From a virus (lineage: Duplodnaviria; Caudoviricetes): a stretch of 38,412 bases of DNA. The translations under genes and the position numbers were made by a program. Shown here one piece after another: positions 25,984-34,703 of this stretch. The stretch covers positions 1-38,412 of the IMG/VR virus record IMGVR_UViG_3300012940_000015. One strand, 5' to 3'. Within the stretch, counting starts at the first letter, position 1; each line of letters begins with the position of its first letter. The notes beneath the pieces are model-generated. The model ran no database searches. It was given only the letters and a program-made list of their open reading frames with translations, and was not told where the DNA came from.

Positions 25984-26965
25984 TCCGCAACAGCTCCTTC
26001 ACCTCGGACACCCGGTAGACCTTGCGACCCGAGAACTTCCCCGCGGGCTTCAGGCGCGGGGGTTGCTCAATGATCTCGCCACCCACCGACACTCGGACGG
26101 GTGCGCAGAGCCTGCGGAGATCCTTCATGTCAACGTCAAGACGGAGAGCGAGGTCAGTCAGCGGCAGCTTCTCCGCCTCCTCCACGTACACCTGCCGCAC
26201 GTTCAGCCGGTAGTCGTCCTCCCCGCGCCACTCCCGACACCGCGCGCACGCCCAGCAGTCCTCGCCCGCCAGTGGTCGGCTGCCGTCGCGGTGGCTCCAT
26301 GGCAGCTCGCCACCACCGAACACGCGCAGGAGCGGTCGCTCGCACGTCATGCATGGTGCCCCGGTCTCGATCTGCTCGCCGTCGTGCAACACGCGCTCCA
26401 GGTGGGTGCGGCAGTCAGCGAGGTCCCGGCGGAAGTCGCGGAACGGGATGTCGTCCTCGGTGCCGATGTGGTCGAGGTTGCGCGTCAGGTACGACAGCGC
26501 GCCCGAGACGGTGATGCGCGCGGGCTCGTCATGGCTGAACGCTTCGAGGTACGCCTCCATCCAGCCACCCACGACGATCAGCGGGTGCAGCTCGTGGTCG
26601 GCAGACTCCAGCCAGTCGGCGGGGATGCGACCGACGTTGACACTCGCCTGCATGTGGCCCAGCGCCTCGGGATCAGCCGCCGGCGCCATGAGGTTGAAGG
26701 CCTCGGAGTCGACGCCCTTGCGCTCGGCCTCGGCTGGCAGCCCGTCGCACAGTCGCCCGATCTCAGTCAGGGTCTCGCGGACGTCGGCCAAGCAGTCGGG
26801 GCAGACGTGCTCGTTGTGCGTCCGGTAACAGCCCAAGCAGTGGTCGAGCGGGCAGGGTAGGCATCCACCGCAGTCACCCTCGCACTCGTCGACGTGGCGG
26901 CCGAGGACCACGCGCGGGCTCTCGGTGCCGTTCCATCGACAGCGGATCTCGGTCACGACGCTCAC
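25976..26965 (-). CDS. Cys-rich protein with C-terminal HTH-like region, probable late-transcription regulator
   Basis: Multiple CxxC pairs; C-terminal GRKVYRVSEV; sits at the end of the early region. Confidence 0.6.
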   Translation of the reverse strand: MSVVTEIRCRWNGTESPRVVLGRHVDECEGDCGGCLPCPLDHCLGCYRTHNEHVCPDCLADVRETLTEIGRLCDGLPAEAERKGVDSEAFNLMAPAADPEALGHMQASVNVGRIPADWLESADHELHPLIVVGGWMEAYLEAFSHDEPARITVSGALSYLTRNLDHIGTEDDIPFRDFRRDLADCRTHLERVLHDGEQIETGAPCMTCERPLLRVFGGGELPWSHRDGSRPLAGEDCWACARCREWRGEDDYRLNVRQVYVEEAEKLPLTDLALRLDVDMKDLRRLCAPVRVSVGGEIIEQPPRLKPAGKFSGRKVYRVSEVKELLRSA

Positions 26966-27060
26966 AGCTCTCCCTCTCGACACGTCTCGCACGGCTCGCT
27001 CACGACCACACGGCTTCGGTCGCCGTCGGTCAGGGTCTCGGTCACGCAGTCGCAGGTCAC
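26962..27060 (-). CDS. Small Cys-containing hypothetical protein
   Basis: MTCDCVTE...PCETCREGEL; GTGA coupling on both sides. Confidence 0.45.
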   Translation of the reverse strand: MTCDCVTETLTDGDRSRVVVSEPCETCREGEL

Positions 27061-27314
27061 CACAGCGCCTCCCCCTCGTCGACCCGCCCCAGGTAGGCGT
27101 CGATCTCGTCGGCGATCTGCTGCCACATTCGCCGCTCGTGCTCCGTTGGTCGGTGGCACCTACAGGCGCAGTCGCCGCCACAGTTGGCGTGGTCGGCAGG
27201 CTTCTCGCGGCCGAATGTGGTCACCGTCTTGCAGGCGACCCTGACGGCGGTGCGTCCGTCGGGCCAGAGTGCGCGGGATCGTGCGTGGTCGCGGAGATCG
27301 GTCAACTCACTCAT
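27057..27314 (-). CDS. Hypothetical protein
   Basis: 85 aa coupled ORF with H..C...C.C.CH. Confidence 0.6.
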   Translation of the reverse strand: MSELTDLRDHARSRALWPDGRTAVRVACKTVTTFGREKPADHANCGGDCACRCHRPTEHERRMWQQIADEIDAYLGRVDEGEALW

Positions 27315-27393
27315 CGTCGTCTCCCCACACGTCGAGCGCGCTGTCGATGCGGTCGAGGATGGTGCGGGCCCAGGTGAGGACGCGGGCGATCAT
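27307..27393 (-). CDS. 28-aa hypothetical peptide
   Basis: GAGGAGG RBS; ATGA coupling. Confidence 0.45.
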   Translation of the reverse strand: MIARVLTWARTILDRIDSALDVWGDDDE

Positions 27394-27611
27394 GAGTCCT
27401 CCTCGACCATGCCGGAGACGAGGACCTCGAAGCAGCACTCTGGTTCGGCGTCGTCGTTGCCAATGTCGGCCATCGAGTAGATCGACAGTGGCGTGATCCT
27501 GATGTGTGGTTTCGGGCCGACTTGGTCGACGTAGGTCATGACGAATCGCCATGCCTCGGCGAGGGTGTCGACGCTGGTGGCATACTTGGTGGTGACCTCG
27601 ATCGGGCTCAC
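27390..27611 (-). CDS. Hypothetical protein (73 aa)
   Basis: GTGA-coupled start MSPIEV. Confidence 0.6.
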   Translation of the reverse strand: MSPIEVTTKYATSVDTLAEAWRFVMTYVDQVGPKPHIRITPLSIYSMADIGNDDAEPECCFEVLVSGMVEEDS

Positions 27612-27981
27612 TTCTCCACCCCCTCTGCGTCGTAGACCACCGGAACCGGATGCCGCGCTACCCACCAGTGCATCAGCCGCGCACCGGGAGCGGATTCCAG
27701 TTCCTCAGCCCAGGCATGGTCGCGTCGGACGTGCGTCCAGTGGATCAGGTCGCGGCCGTCGGTGACTCGGTAGCGGTAGGCGGTGCGGTCGCAGGTGAGC
27801 GTGTGACTGGTAAGTCCGAGCGCGGCGCGGTTTGGTCGCGAGAGGTCTGTGAACCATGCGTAGATCCATGGCCCGTCGTTGGGATATCGGCCCAGGCTGT
27901 CGGCAGGCACGATGGTTCCAGTAATCAGGCGGCGACCGTGGTCGCAGGTGTAGTGGTAACGCGGGCTCACTTCTCCACCCC
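27603..27981. repeat. 20-bp direct repeat at two consecutive gene junctions
   Basis: CGGGCTCACTTCTCCACCCC at 27603-27622 and 27962-27981. Confidence 0.9.
27608..27970 (-). CDS. 120-aa protein, possible ADP-ribosyltransferase fold
   Basis: N-terminal YHYT and downstream WFTD motifs; GTGA-coupled. Confidence 0.5.
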   Translation of the reverse strand: MSPRYHYTCDHGRRLITGTIVPADSLGRYPNDGPWIYAWFTDLSRPNRAALGLTSHTLTCDRTAYRYRVTDGRDLIHWTHVRRDHAWAEELESAPGARLMHWWVARHPVPVVYDAEGVEK

Positions 27982-28977
27982 CGCCCGGTAGGGGTTGACA
28001 CTCCGCGACTCGGCGCGAGCCGCGATATCGAAGTCTCCTAGCGCAGTCGAGTACCCCTCGTCCCACGTCTCTGCGCGGACCCGTGCCAGCGCGGTGCCGG
28101 GGTCGGACAGGGCGGCGCGGAGTTCTGAAGACGCGGAGTCCAGCACGCACCCCTCGCCGTCCGGCCCTTCGCCGACCTGCCACGGTCCCCACCCGAGCTC
28201 ACCCTTGTAGCGCCACTTCTCAGCCAGCGCTTCCACCGCCGCGACCTGCTCGGCCAGGCAGTCCCGCTCGGAATCCAGGTCGATGTTGCGCTGCTGCACG
28301 GTACAGAATCCCTCGACCCACCATCCGTACTCGCGCCCGTGGTGGCCGCAGTCCTCTTGTGGGCCGTCGCCCATCGGGTAAGGCGTGCAGATGCAATGCC
28401 CGAGTTGGTCGCGGATCAGGGCGGACAGTCGGTCCCGCTCGGCTTCGACCCGTGCCAGACGTGCCGCGATGATCGACTCCACGTTCTCGACCTGCTCGCG
28501 AGCGGACCCGACGTGGTGGGTGGCGCGGACGGTGGACTTCTCGACGTCGGTCAACTCCACCCGCTCGGACGGGGCGGGGTCAGTGAGCGCGTCACTGTAG
28601 GTCACTGACGATTCAGTGACGGACGGGGCGGGGCTGGTTGCGGTTACTACCGGACGGGCGTGTGGCGGCACCTGCGCGATCCGCTCCTTGGCTCGCTCGG
28701 CCTCCTCGGCAGCCTCGGCACGGGCGGCGAGATTCGCGATCTGAGGGCCTTTCAGTGAGTCGGTGGCACTGGACCCCAGCCCGACCCCCTGCGCAATTCC
28801 TGGGGCCGATTCCAATTGCCTGGCGGCCTGTCTCGCCTCGTCCCGCTCGCTGGTGACGCGGGCCAGCTCGTCGGCCAACTCCCGCACTGTGACGGCGAGG
28901 ACGTGGGCATCGAGCGAGCAGGCGGTGTCGGTGGGGGTCTGCTCGGCGAGGCGCTTGCGGGCTTCAGAGTTCGTCAT
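27967..28977 (-). CDS. Mosaic coiled-coil hypothetical protein
   Basis: 336 aa with ERD heptads; ends with the common actinophage WDEG...NPYR motif. Confidence 0.65.
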   Translation of the reverse strand: MTNSEARKRLAEQTPTDTACSLDAHVLAVTVRELADELARVTSERDEARQAARQLESAPGIAQGVGLGSSATDSLKGPQIANLAARAEAAEEAERAKERIAQVPPHARPVVTATSPAPSVTESSVTYSDALTDPAPSERVELTDVEKSTVRATHHVGSAREQVENVESIIAARLARVEAERDRLSALIRDQLGHCICTPYPMGDGPQEDCGHHGREYGWWVEGFCTVQQRNIDLDSERDCLAEQVAAVEALAEKWRYKGELGWGPWQVGEGPDGEGCVLDSASSELRAALSDPGTALARVRAETWDEGYSTALGDFDIAARAESRSVNPYRAGVEK

Positions 28978-29383
28978 CGGGGTCTCCTTGGGTCGGGCGG
29001 GGCAGTGGCGGCTTGGGTGTCTGGTCGCGGCGTCGGTTGGCGTCGAGGACGGATACGAACTCGTGGCCGCTGGTCGAGCCGTGGCGGTGCTCGGGCTGTG
29101 AGCAGGTGTCGCACGCGGTGGTCGGGTCGAACAGGTTGCGGGGCGCGCCGCCGGTGTTTGTGGCGTCGACCGCGACCGCCCGCCACCAGGGCCCAGCCTC
29201 GAGGACTCGGTACGGCGTGGTGCTCGCAGCCTCCGAGGCGACCCATGCGAGCGCCACGAACACGTCGCGGCGTGGGCGGTCGATCAGCTTGCTCTCGATG
29301 AGGGTGAGTACCTGTCGCGCCGGCCAGTCGGGTCGGGCGTGCGAGATCGCGTCAGCGATCCGCTGAGCCTCGTGTTCGTTCAT
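28964..29383 (-). CDS. Replication-region protein (possible initiator partner/loader)
   Basis: Directly after the initiator; RPDW...GPWW and C..C....H motifs. Confidence 0.55.
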   Translation of the reverse strand: MNEHEAQRIADAISHARPDWPARQVLTLIESKLIDRPRRDVFVALAWVASEAASTTPYRVLEAGPWWRAVAVDATNTGGAPRNLFDPTTACDTCSQPEHRHGSTSGHEFVSVLDANRRRDQTPKPPLPRPTQGDPDDEL

Positions 29384-30148
29384 CGCGCATCGTCCGATCC
29401 CGAGAGCCCGCGCGTTACAGAACTTTCGGATTCGGATTTACCTGATTGAGAAGAAGAACAAACCGCAAGCCGAGGGATTTGGGGGTTGGGGTTGGGGTTG
29501 GGGTTGGGGGCATCCGTTTGCCATACCGTTTGCCATAGATTTGCCATGCGATTTGCTATGCGATTCGCCATGGCTGAGCGTGGGCGGCTAGCCATGGCCC
29601 ACATCCTGAGATCGTCGTCCCACATTCTGGCGGCGCGCTCTCTAACTTCACTTCCTGATCGCATTCCATTTGCCATGCGATTTGCTATGGCACTTGCCAT
29701 GCGATTAGCCATTCTCGGCACCCCCCCATCGGGTCGCAGCGCCCTTCTTTCCAGCTTCTGAACGCCTCTCTGCGCGCTCCTTGATCTCGGCCGCGGAAGG
29801 CTGATAGCGGAGGTAGTCGTGCACGTAATAGCGCCGGCGACCAGGCTGCGGGCAGTCCGCGCAGTCGTGGCCGTTCTCGTGCCACAGGCCGACCTCGATC
29901 AGGTCATTGATGGCCAGCGGCGTGCAGTCGTCTTCCATCACTCCCGCGAGGTCACCGATGGTGGCCACGGTGTAGGAGAGTCCGTCGAAATCGCAGAGTC
30001 GCTGAGCCGCGGACGTGGGGATGATTCCGTCGGTGAGGTTGCGGTTGCAGTACCCCATTCCGACGATCCACATCGCGATCGACAGTGGGGTGACGTCCGT
30101 GAACTTGGGGTGGTCGTAGAAGTCGTCCGACACGCGAATCCAGCCCAT
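29380..30148 (-). pseudogene. Replication initiator, split into 29705..30148 and 29380..29721 at a G7 run
   Basis: N-terminal W.RVSDD..DHPK...TDG...GLW...HDY..YQ domain stops 4 codons after G7. The +1 frame continues with iteron-coded MANRM repeats and PNPNPNP. Confidence 0.6.
29429..29712. repeat. Putative replication origin: about 10 TTTGCCAT-type iterons, (GGGGTT)n tract and AT-rich flank
   Basis: Two clusters of 11-12-bp-period repeats (29514-29572, 29666-29712), including an exact TTTGCCATGCGATTTGCTATG duplication. Confidence 0.75.
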
Positions 30149-30762
30149 CAGGCCACCTGTCCTCTCTCCAGCCGCCTGCGCTGGTCCTTGAAGCTGCTCA
30201 GTCGCACACCGAGTCGTTCGGCGGCCTGCTCTTCGGTCTCGCCGTTGCGGATGAGGAAGTCGAAGTCCTCGACGCGGGCGGTGATGACCTCGGGGCGGCC
30301 GTGGGATCGCCGCGCGATGCCCTTGGGGGCGTCGTCGTTGTCGATGTCGTCCCAGGCGAGTGGGGGTGCGTACCCACGCTTGGCGGCCATGCGCCGGCAG
30401 CGCTCGTGATAGCCACCGTCCGGCAGTGTCATGCTCAGTCGCTCGTAGGTCTCGGCGACCGCTTCGGCCGTGGCGCGATAGACGCTGGTCCCTCGGTAGA
30501 TCGGATTGCGCAGCGTCTTCTCGTACAGCCCTGATTGGCGAGCGATGTCGGCGATGGTCCAGCCGAGCGCCTGCAGTGCCTGAATCCGCCGCACGGTGCC
30601 GCGAGCGGGGACGGTGCGAGGATTGCCCGCGAGTCGGTCGGCGAGCGCTTGGATGTGCGCGATGCGCTCGGCTCGTTGGCATGGCTGGCAGATGGGATGC
30701 CCTGTCTTACGGTGTTCGGAGGCGCCTGCGTAGGTCCCGTGTCTTGGGTCGTCCGGGCTCAA
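30148..30762 (-). CDS. HTH DNA-binding protein with N-terminal HGT...C.PC motif
   Basis: RRIQAL.ALGW....IA...G and PPLAWDD motifs; TTG start after GGAGG. Confidence 0.7.
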   Translation of the reverse strand: MSPDDPRHGTYAGASEHRKTGHPICQPCQRAERIAHIQALADRLAGNPRTVPARGTVRRIQALQALGWTIADIARQSGLYEKTLRNPIYRGTSVYRATAEAVAETYERLSMTLPDGGYHERCRRMAAKRGYAPPLAWDDIDNDDAPKGIARRSHGRPEVITARVEDFDFLIRNGETEEQAAERLGVRLSSFKDQRRRLERGQVA

Positions 30763-30935
30763 TGCCCTCGCCTCCCTTCCCGATTGCAGTCCTTGCATTG
30801 CCGGCGCCCGACGTTGTTGACGCGCCGGATCCCGCACGACGCGCACCAGCCCTCGGCGACGCGCTGATCGGCGTCGTAGGCGGCTCGGGCTGCGATCTGG
30901 CGGGCGTTCCAGGCGGCGAGGGAGTCGGGGGTCAT
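30759..30935 (-). CDS. 58-aa Zn-finger protein (not in the ORF track)
   Basis: MTPDSLAAWNARQ...CASC...CKDC; coupled at both ends. Confidence 0.55.
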   Translation of the reverse strand: MTPDSLAAWNARQIAARAAYDADQRVAEGWCASCGIRRVNNVGRRQCKDCNREGRRGH

Positions 30936-31582
30936 GAGACCGCTCCAAACAGGGTGTCCTGCGCGAGGCGCTTGGCCGCGATCTCGCAGTAGCGCTCGTC
31001 AAGTTCGACGCCGATTGCCCGGTGCCCCAACTGCTTAGCGGCAGCGAGAGTCGGTCCGCTGCCTGCCGTTGGGTCAGCAATGACCCACTGGTCGGGGCAC
31101 TTGTCGACCAGGTCTTGCATGAGGCCAATCGGCTTCTCGTGCGGGTGTTGACGGCCGTTGTAGCCAAGCGACTGCACTGGAGCGTGGCTCAGGATGTTCG
31201 AGCCGCGGTGGCCCACGAAGCCGTAGCCCAAGACGTAGATCTCCTGATCCGACGGCTTCCATGGCACCGACAGATTCCCCATGCCCAGCGCGCCTTTGGT
31301 GTCCCAGACGAGGCGCGTGTGCGTGGCAGCCGGGCGGGGGATGCGCCACGTCCCGAAAATCAGGGCTGGGCGGTCTCCCCATGCGGCGAGGATGTCGTCA
31401 CGGACGGCTGTGTCCTCGTCACCCTCGATGCTGTCGGCGAGCGTCTGTCGCCGAGACCCGCTCTTGTAGGCGATGCCATAAGGCACGTCGCAGATCAGCA
31501 CGTCGGCCTCAAGCCACGCGGTGATCTCGCGGCAATCACCGTGATACAGGGTCACAAGGTCGTCGGAGTAGTAGGGGGTCAC
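30932..31582 (-). CDS. Orphan N6-A/N4-C DNA methyltransferase (beta class)
   Basis: GDC, DVPY (DPPY variant), HPHEKP, DPTAGSG and GVEL motifs. Confidence 0.88.
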   Translation of the reverse strand: MTPYYSDDLVTLYHGDCREITAWLEADVLICDVPYGIAYKSGSRRQTLADSIEGDEDTAVRDDILAAWGDRPALIFGTWRIPRPAATHTRLVWDTKGALGMGNLSVPWKPSDQEIYVLGYGFVGHRGSNILSHAPVQSLGYNGRQHPHEKPIGLMQDLVDKCPDQWVIADPTAGSGPTLAAAKQLGHRAIGVELDERYCEIAAKRLAQDTLFGAVS

Positions 31583-32061
31583 GCCGCACCTCCCCCGTAC
31601 TCGTAGACGTCGGACAGCTCGATCCACATCGCGGCGGGCAGTCCCTTCACGGGTGGGTGGATGCGCTCGGTGGACGCGGGTACGTGCACCCAGGAGTCGT
31701 CGGGCAGCACGCCCTCGTCGACGAGCGCGTCGGTCACTGCCTTCTTGGTGCCGGCAAGGTTGTCGGCGTCTCGGCGGCGGTTGTCAGGTACGCGCCAGTG
31801 CAGGGTGATGTTGGCGGCGACGATGGGGCGGACCTTGGCGGCTCGGATGGCCCAGCGTGCTTCGGTGCGGGTGCTGCCGACTGCGCGCGCCTTGGTTGCC
31901 CAGTGCCCGCGGTCGTTGAGGCTGATCGGTGGCCGCGTCCAGGGCAGCGGGATCAGGATCGCGTTGGACGGCTTGTCGCACTTGTGGCGGCGGATGGTGC
32001 CGGTCTTGGTGGGGGTGTAGCGGCGGCCGCAGTCGGGGCAGGGGATGGCGCTCAGGCTCAC
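31579..32061 (-). CDS. RusA-like Holliday junction resolvase with N-terminal Zn-binding segment
   Basis: SLN, RRRDADNL...K...DAL...GVLPDD motifs; N-terminal CPDC...H.C. Confidence 0.8.
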   Translation of the reverse strand: MSLSAIPCPDCGRRYTPTKTGTIRRHKCDKPSNAILIPLPWTRPPISLNDRGHWATKARAVGSTRTEARWAIRAAKVRPIVAANITLHWRVPDNRRRDADNLAGTKKAVTDALVDEGVLPDDSWVHVPASTERIHPPVKGLPAAMWIELSDVYEYGGGAA

Positions 32062-32597
32062 TGCGCACCGTCCGCTGGCTCGGCCTTGATCTCCGCGACC
32101 CGCTGCTCGATCGCCGCACGCTGGTCGGGGTGCTGCTTCCACCAGGCGCCGAGCTGGTCGATGTCGGTGGCGCAGGCGATCTGTGCGTCGGTCAGGGGAG
32201 TGGGGGTGGGCGTGGCGTCGGGCAGGGGGTCAACGGTGTGCACCTTCCGCTTGCCGCGCGTCTCGGTGAGGCTCGCGTGGACAGGCTTGTCGATGTGCGA
32301 GAGACGGGAGACTCGGATGCCGCCGACGCGCTCGGGCCCGAATTTCACCTCGGGGTCGCCGTACAGCTCGGCACGGCGACCGACCCACTCGCTCGCGTCG
32401 TCGCCCCATGCTGCGACCAAGAGCTTGAGGACCGTGACCGCCGGCCGCCAGACGCGTTGGTCGCCCTCGATCACGATGTCGTACTGCTGCTCCTTGGTGC
32501 CCTTCTTGACCCCCGCGATGGTGACAACGCGGGTGATGCCGTGCAGGAAGTCCTCAAAATTCAGCTGGTCGGTCTTCTTCTCGATCGTGACCCTCAT
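32058..32597 (-). CDS. Recombination-module protein (SSB/annealing position)
   Basis: Coupled to the exonuclease; DQLN.ED, WG.D...W.G....LY.DP.V.FG...VGGIR motifs. Confidence 0.55.
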   Translation of the reverse strand: MRVTIEKKTDQLNFEDFLHGITRVVTIAGVKKGTKEQQYDIVIEGDQRVWRPAVTVLKLLVAAWGDDASEWVGRRAELYGDPEVKFGPERVGGIRVSRLSHIDKPVHASLTETRGKRKVHTVDPLPDATPTPTPLTDAQIACATDIDQLGAWWKQHPDQRAAIEQRVAEIKAEPADGAQ

Positions 32598-33289
32598 GCG
32601 ATGCCCCTCAGTTCTACGGCGTTGAAGTCGATGCGCTTAGTCGCCGGCAGCCCGTGGACTGCCTGCTTGTAGGTGGCGACGGTGGTGGTGATGTCCTGCT
32701 CGGCCTTCTCGACGGCCGCGAGGATCGCCTCTTGCCAGCGGGGGTCGGGCTTCACGCGTCGCACCCACAGGGGCATTCCGCCGCAGTAGGAGACGAAGTC
32801 GATCCACTGGCGGCCAGTGACGAGCAGCCCCGCCTGTAGTTGCGCCGCGTGGTAGAGCGGCACCATGTCGGCGACGACGGTGGCGAGGTGGTTCTTCTGC
32901 CGGGGCGCCTTGATCTCGATCAGCCCGTCGTCGCCTACGAGTCCGTCGGGGGAGTAGCCGATCTTGAATCCGTCGAAGTCGCGGACCATGAAGCCGCACT
33001 CGTCGACGGGTGCGTTCGCGCAGTGCTCGGCGTACAGGTCGCGGGCGTAGGGCTCGGACTCGATGCCGCGCCACATGTCGCTGCTGGTGAAGGTCCCCTC
33101 GACGTGTCTGGTGACGCGTTCGGAGGCCAGGAGGGCCACTAGTCCGCGTGATTCGTCGTTGCTGGCCGGCTTGATCGTCTTCGGCGTGATGAGCTTGCCG
33201 ACGGCCGACGCGGTGACGATGCCGCAGCGGGCGTCGTACCACTCGTCGGAGCGCTGGATGAGCTCGCGGTAGATGGTCAGATCGCTCAT
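32594..33289 (-). CDS. YqaJ/lambda-exonuclease family protein
   Basis: QRSDEW...R.G.VTAS, G...EP.AR, SPDGLV, IEIK and Q.Q motifs. Confidence 0.92.
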   Translation of the reverse strand: MSDLTIYRELIQRSDEWYDARCGIVTASAVGKLITPKTIKPASNDESRGLVALLASERVTRHVEGTFTSSDMWRGIESEPYARDLYAEHCANAPVDECGFMVRDFDGFKIGYSPDGLVGDDGLIEIKAPRQKNHLATVVADMVPLYHAAQLQAGLLVTGRQWIDFVSYCGGMPLWVRRVKPDPRWQEAILAAVEKAEQDITTTVATYKQAVHGLPATKRIDFNAVELRGIA

Positions 33290-33381
33290 CGCCACCACGC
33301 CCACTTCTCGCACCAGGCGCAGAGTCCGCCTTGGGTGATGGGCTCCTCGCGGCACCAGCGGCAGAGATGGGGGTCGGTCAT
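33286..33381 (-). CDS. 31-aa Cys/Trp-rich peptide
   Basis: MTDPHLCRWCREEPITQGGLCAWCEKWAWWR; coupled at both ends. Confidence 0.5.
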   Translation of the reverse strand: MTDPHLCRWCREEPITQGGLCAWCEKWAWWR

Positions 33382-33527
33382 CACTCCCACCCCCGATGCC
33401 ATTCGCGGTCGGCGTAGTCGTCGGCCATCCGGTCGTCGGTGTCGTCGCGGTGCCACTCGCGCTCATCACGGCGGCGGTTGCAGCGAGAGCAGGTCTCGAC
33501 GTCGCCGGTGCAGTAGTGGTCAGGCAT
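33381..33527 (-). CDS. 48-aa hypothetical peptide with an internal REWHR duplication
   Basis: MPDHYCTGDVETCSRC...; coupled ORF. Confidence 0.5.
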   Translation of the reverse strand: MPDHYCTGDVETCSRCNRRRDEREWHRDDTDDRMADDYADREWHRGWE

Positions 33528-33645
33528 CCTGTTGCGCCTCCTCGACGTCGAGGTCGTGGTCGGACTCGAGGCGAGCAGCGTGCTCAGCGCACCACCAGCC
33601 GCGACCGTCGACAGCGGAGTCGCAGAAGACCCAGGCGCACTTCAT
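33520..33645 (-). CDS. 41-aa Cys/His peptide
   Basis: MKCAWVFC...WCAEH; GGAGG RBS, ATGA overlap. Confidence 0.5.
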   Translation of the reverse strand: MKCAWVFCDSAVDGRGWWCAEHAARLESDHDLDVEEAQQDA

Positions 33646-33956
33646 CGCGCACCTCCCCGGATCGGCAGCACCTTCGCGCGGTGCTCGCGGAGGATGACCG
33701 GCTTCATCTCGGGCGCGATGTGGGTGGCGTGGATGATGCGCGACCACTCCAGGTCGGCCTTCACGTTGCGGATCTCGGCGAGGTGGGCGGCACGTTCCTT
33801 CTGCAGCTCCTCGTCCATGCCGAGCGCGAGATCGGCCCAGTCGTCGCGGCTCTTGGTGGCTTGCTCGACCCGGCCCGACCAGTACGCGTACTGGGCGACG
33901 GCGACACCGAGGCCGATGAGCATGGCGATGGCGGCGGCGATCATGCTGTCTCCCAC
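33642..33956 (-). CDS. Membrane-anchored coiled-coil hypothetical protein
   Basis: N-terminal TM; the start may be the ATG at 33944. Confidence 0.55.
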   Translation of the reverse strand: MGDSMIAAAIAMLIGLGVAVAQYAYWSGRVEQATKSRDDWADLALGMDEELQKERAAHLAEIRNVKADLEWSRIIHATHIAPEMKPVILREHRAKVLPIRGGAR

Positions 33957-34351
33957 TCAATGCCGTGCTCGTGCGCGTGGGTGATCCCGTCGTGGGGTGC
34001 AGGGACGAGACAGGGGTACTCCTCGCCGGCGAAGATCAGCACCGACGGGCACATGGTCGTCGGGGCGGCGTATTCGCGGAGAGCTTCCTGCATCTGACTG
34101 ACCCAGCCGGACGAAGGCGCGGCGCAGAAGATGGCCGCCAGCCGCTCGACCTGCTCGCGATCTTCGGGATCGATGACCACGAGAGGGCGGTAGATGCAGT
34201 CCTTCGAGGAGATGCCGTCCGGCCAGTCCCTGGGAGCGGACCAGTAGCTTTCGCTGCTGAGGCCGGTGCGCACCACAAGGAAGTCGTCCGCAAACGACCG
34301 CTCGTGCCGGGCCATCGCCACGTCGCCTGGCTTCCACTCGCGGGCGGTCAT
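33941..34351 (-). CDS. Hypothetical protein
   Basis: 136 aa; WKPGDVA and RPLVVIDPEDREQV; ATGA-coupled. Confidence 0.65.
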   Translation of the reverse strand: MTAREWKPGDVAMARHERSFADDFLVVRTGLSSESYWSAPRDWPDGISSKDCIYRPLVVIDPEDREQVERLAAIFCAAPSSGWVSQMQEALREYAAPTTMCPSVLIFAGEEYPCLVPAPHDGITHAHEHGIEWETA

Positions 34352-34554
34352 CGGGCGCCCGCCTTGAGCAGTCCCAGCGCCGCTTCGATCTGCTGCAACT
34401 CGACCTTTGACGCTGCCAGACGCTCGTGCGCGGCCTGCAGGTTGTCGGTCATCTCCTTGATGCGCTCGGCCTGCTCATCGATGCAGTCGATGCCATTGAC
34501 CAGTGCTTCTCGCCTGCTCTCCAACAAGCTGATCGGCTGTTCGTAGTCGGTCAC
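34348..34554 (-). CDS. 68-aa coiled-coil protein
   Basis: GAAAGGG RBS before GTG; heptad pattern. Confidence 0.6.
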   Translation of the reverse strand: MTDYEQPISLLESRREALVNGIDCIDEQAERIKEMTDNLQAAHERLAASKVELQQIEAALGLLKAGAR

Positions 34555-34585
34555 GATGTACCCTTTCGATTGAGAGTTCTTCTCC

Positions 34586-34703
34586 GCCCCGCCTCGTCGC
34601 ACCGAGAGCGGGGCACTTTCGTTTCGTCTGGTTGGGGCCCTCGGCTTCCCCCGCACGAGGGCCCCGTTCCGCCGCTGCGCACGACCCATCAGCGCGGCGG
34701 CGG
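34586..34703 (-). other. Three back-to-back hairpins in an intergenic region
   Basis: Stems at 34586-34614, 34634-34665 (perfect 10 bp) and 34669-34703 (12 bp, one imperfect pair). Confidence 0.7.

Noticed and set aside
29481-29712. CRISPR array or telomere
   Set aside because: The repeats are 6-12 bp with no unique spacers and no cas genes; they sit inside the initiator gene, as iterons do.
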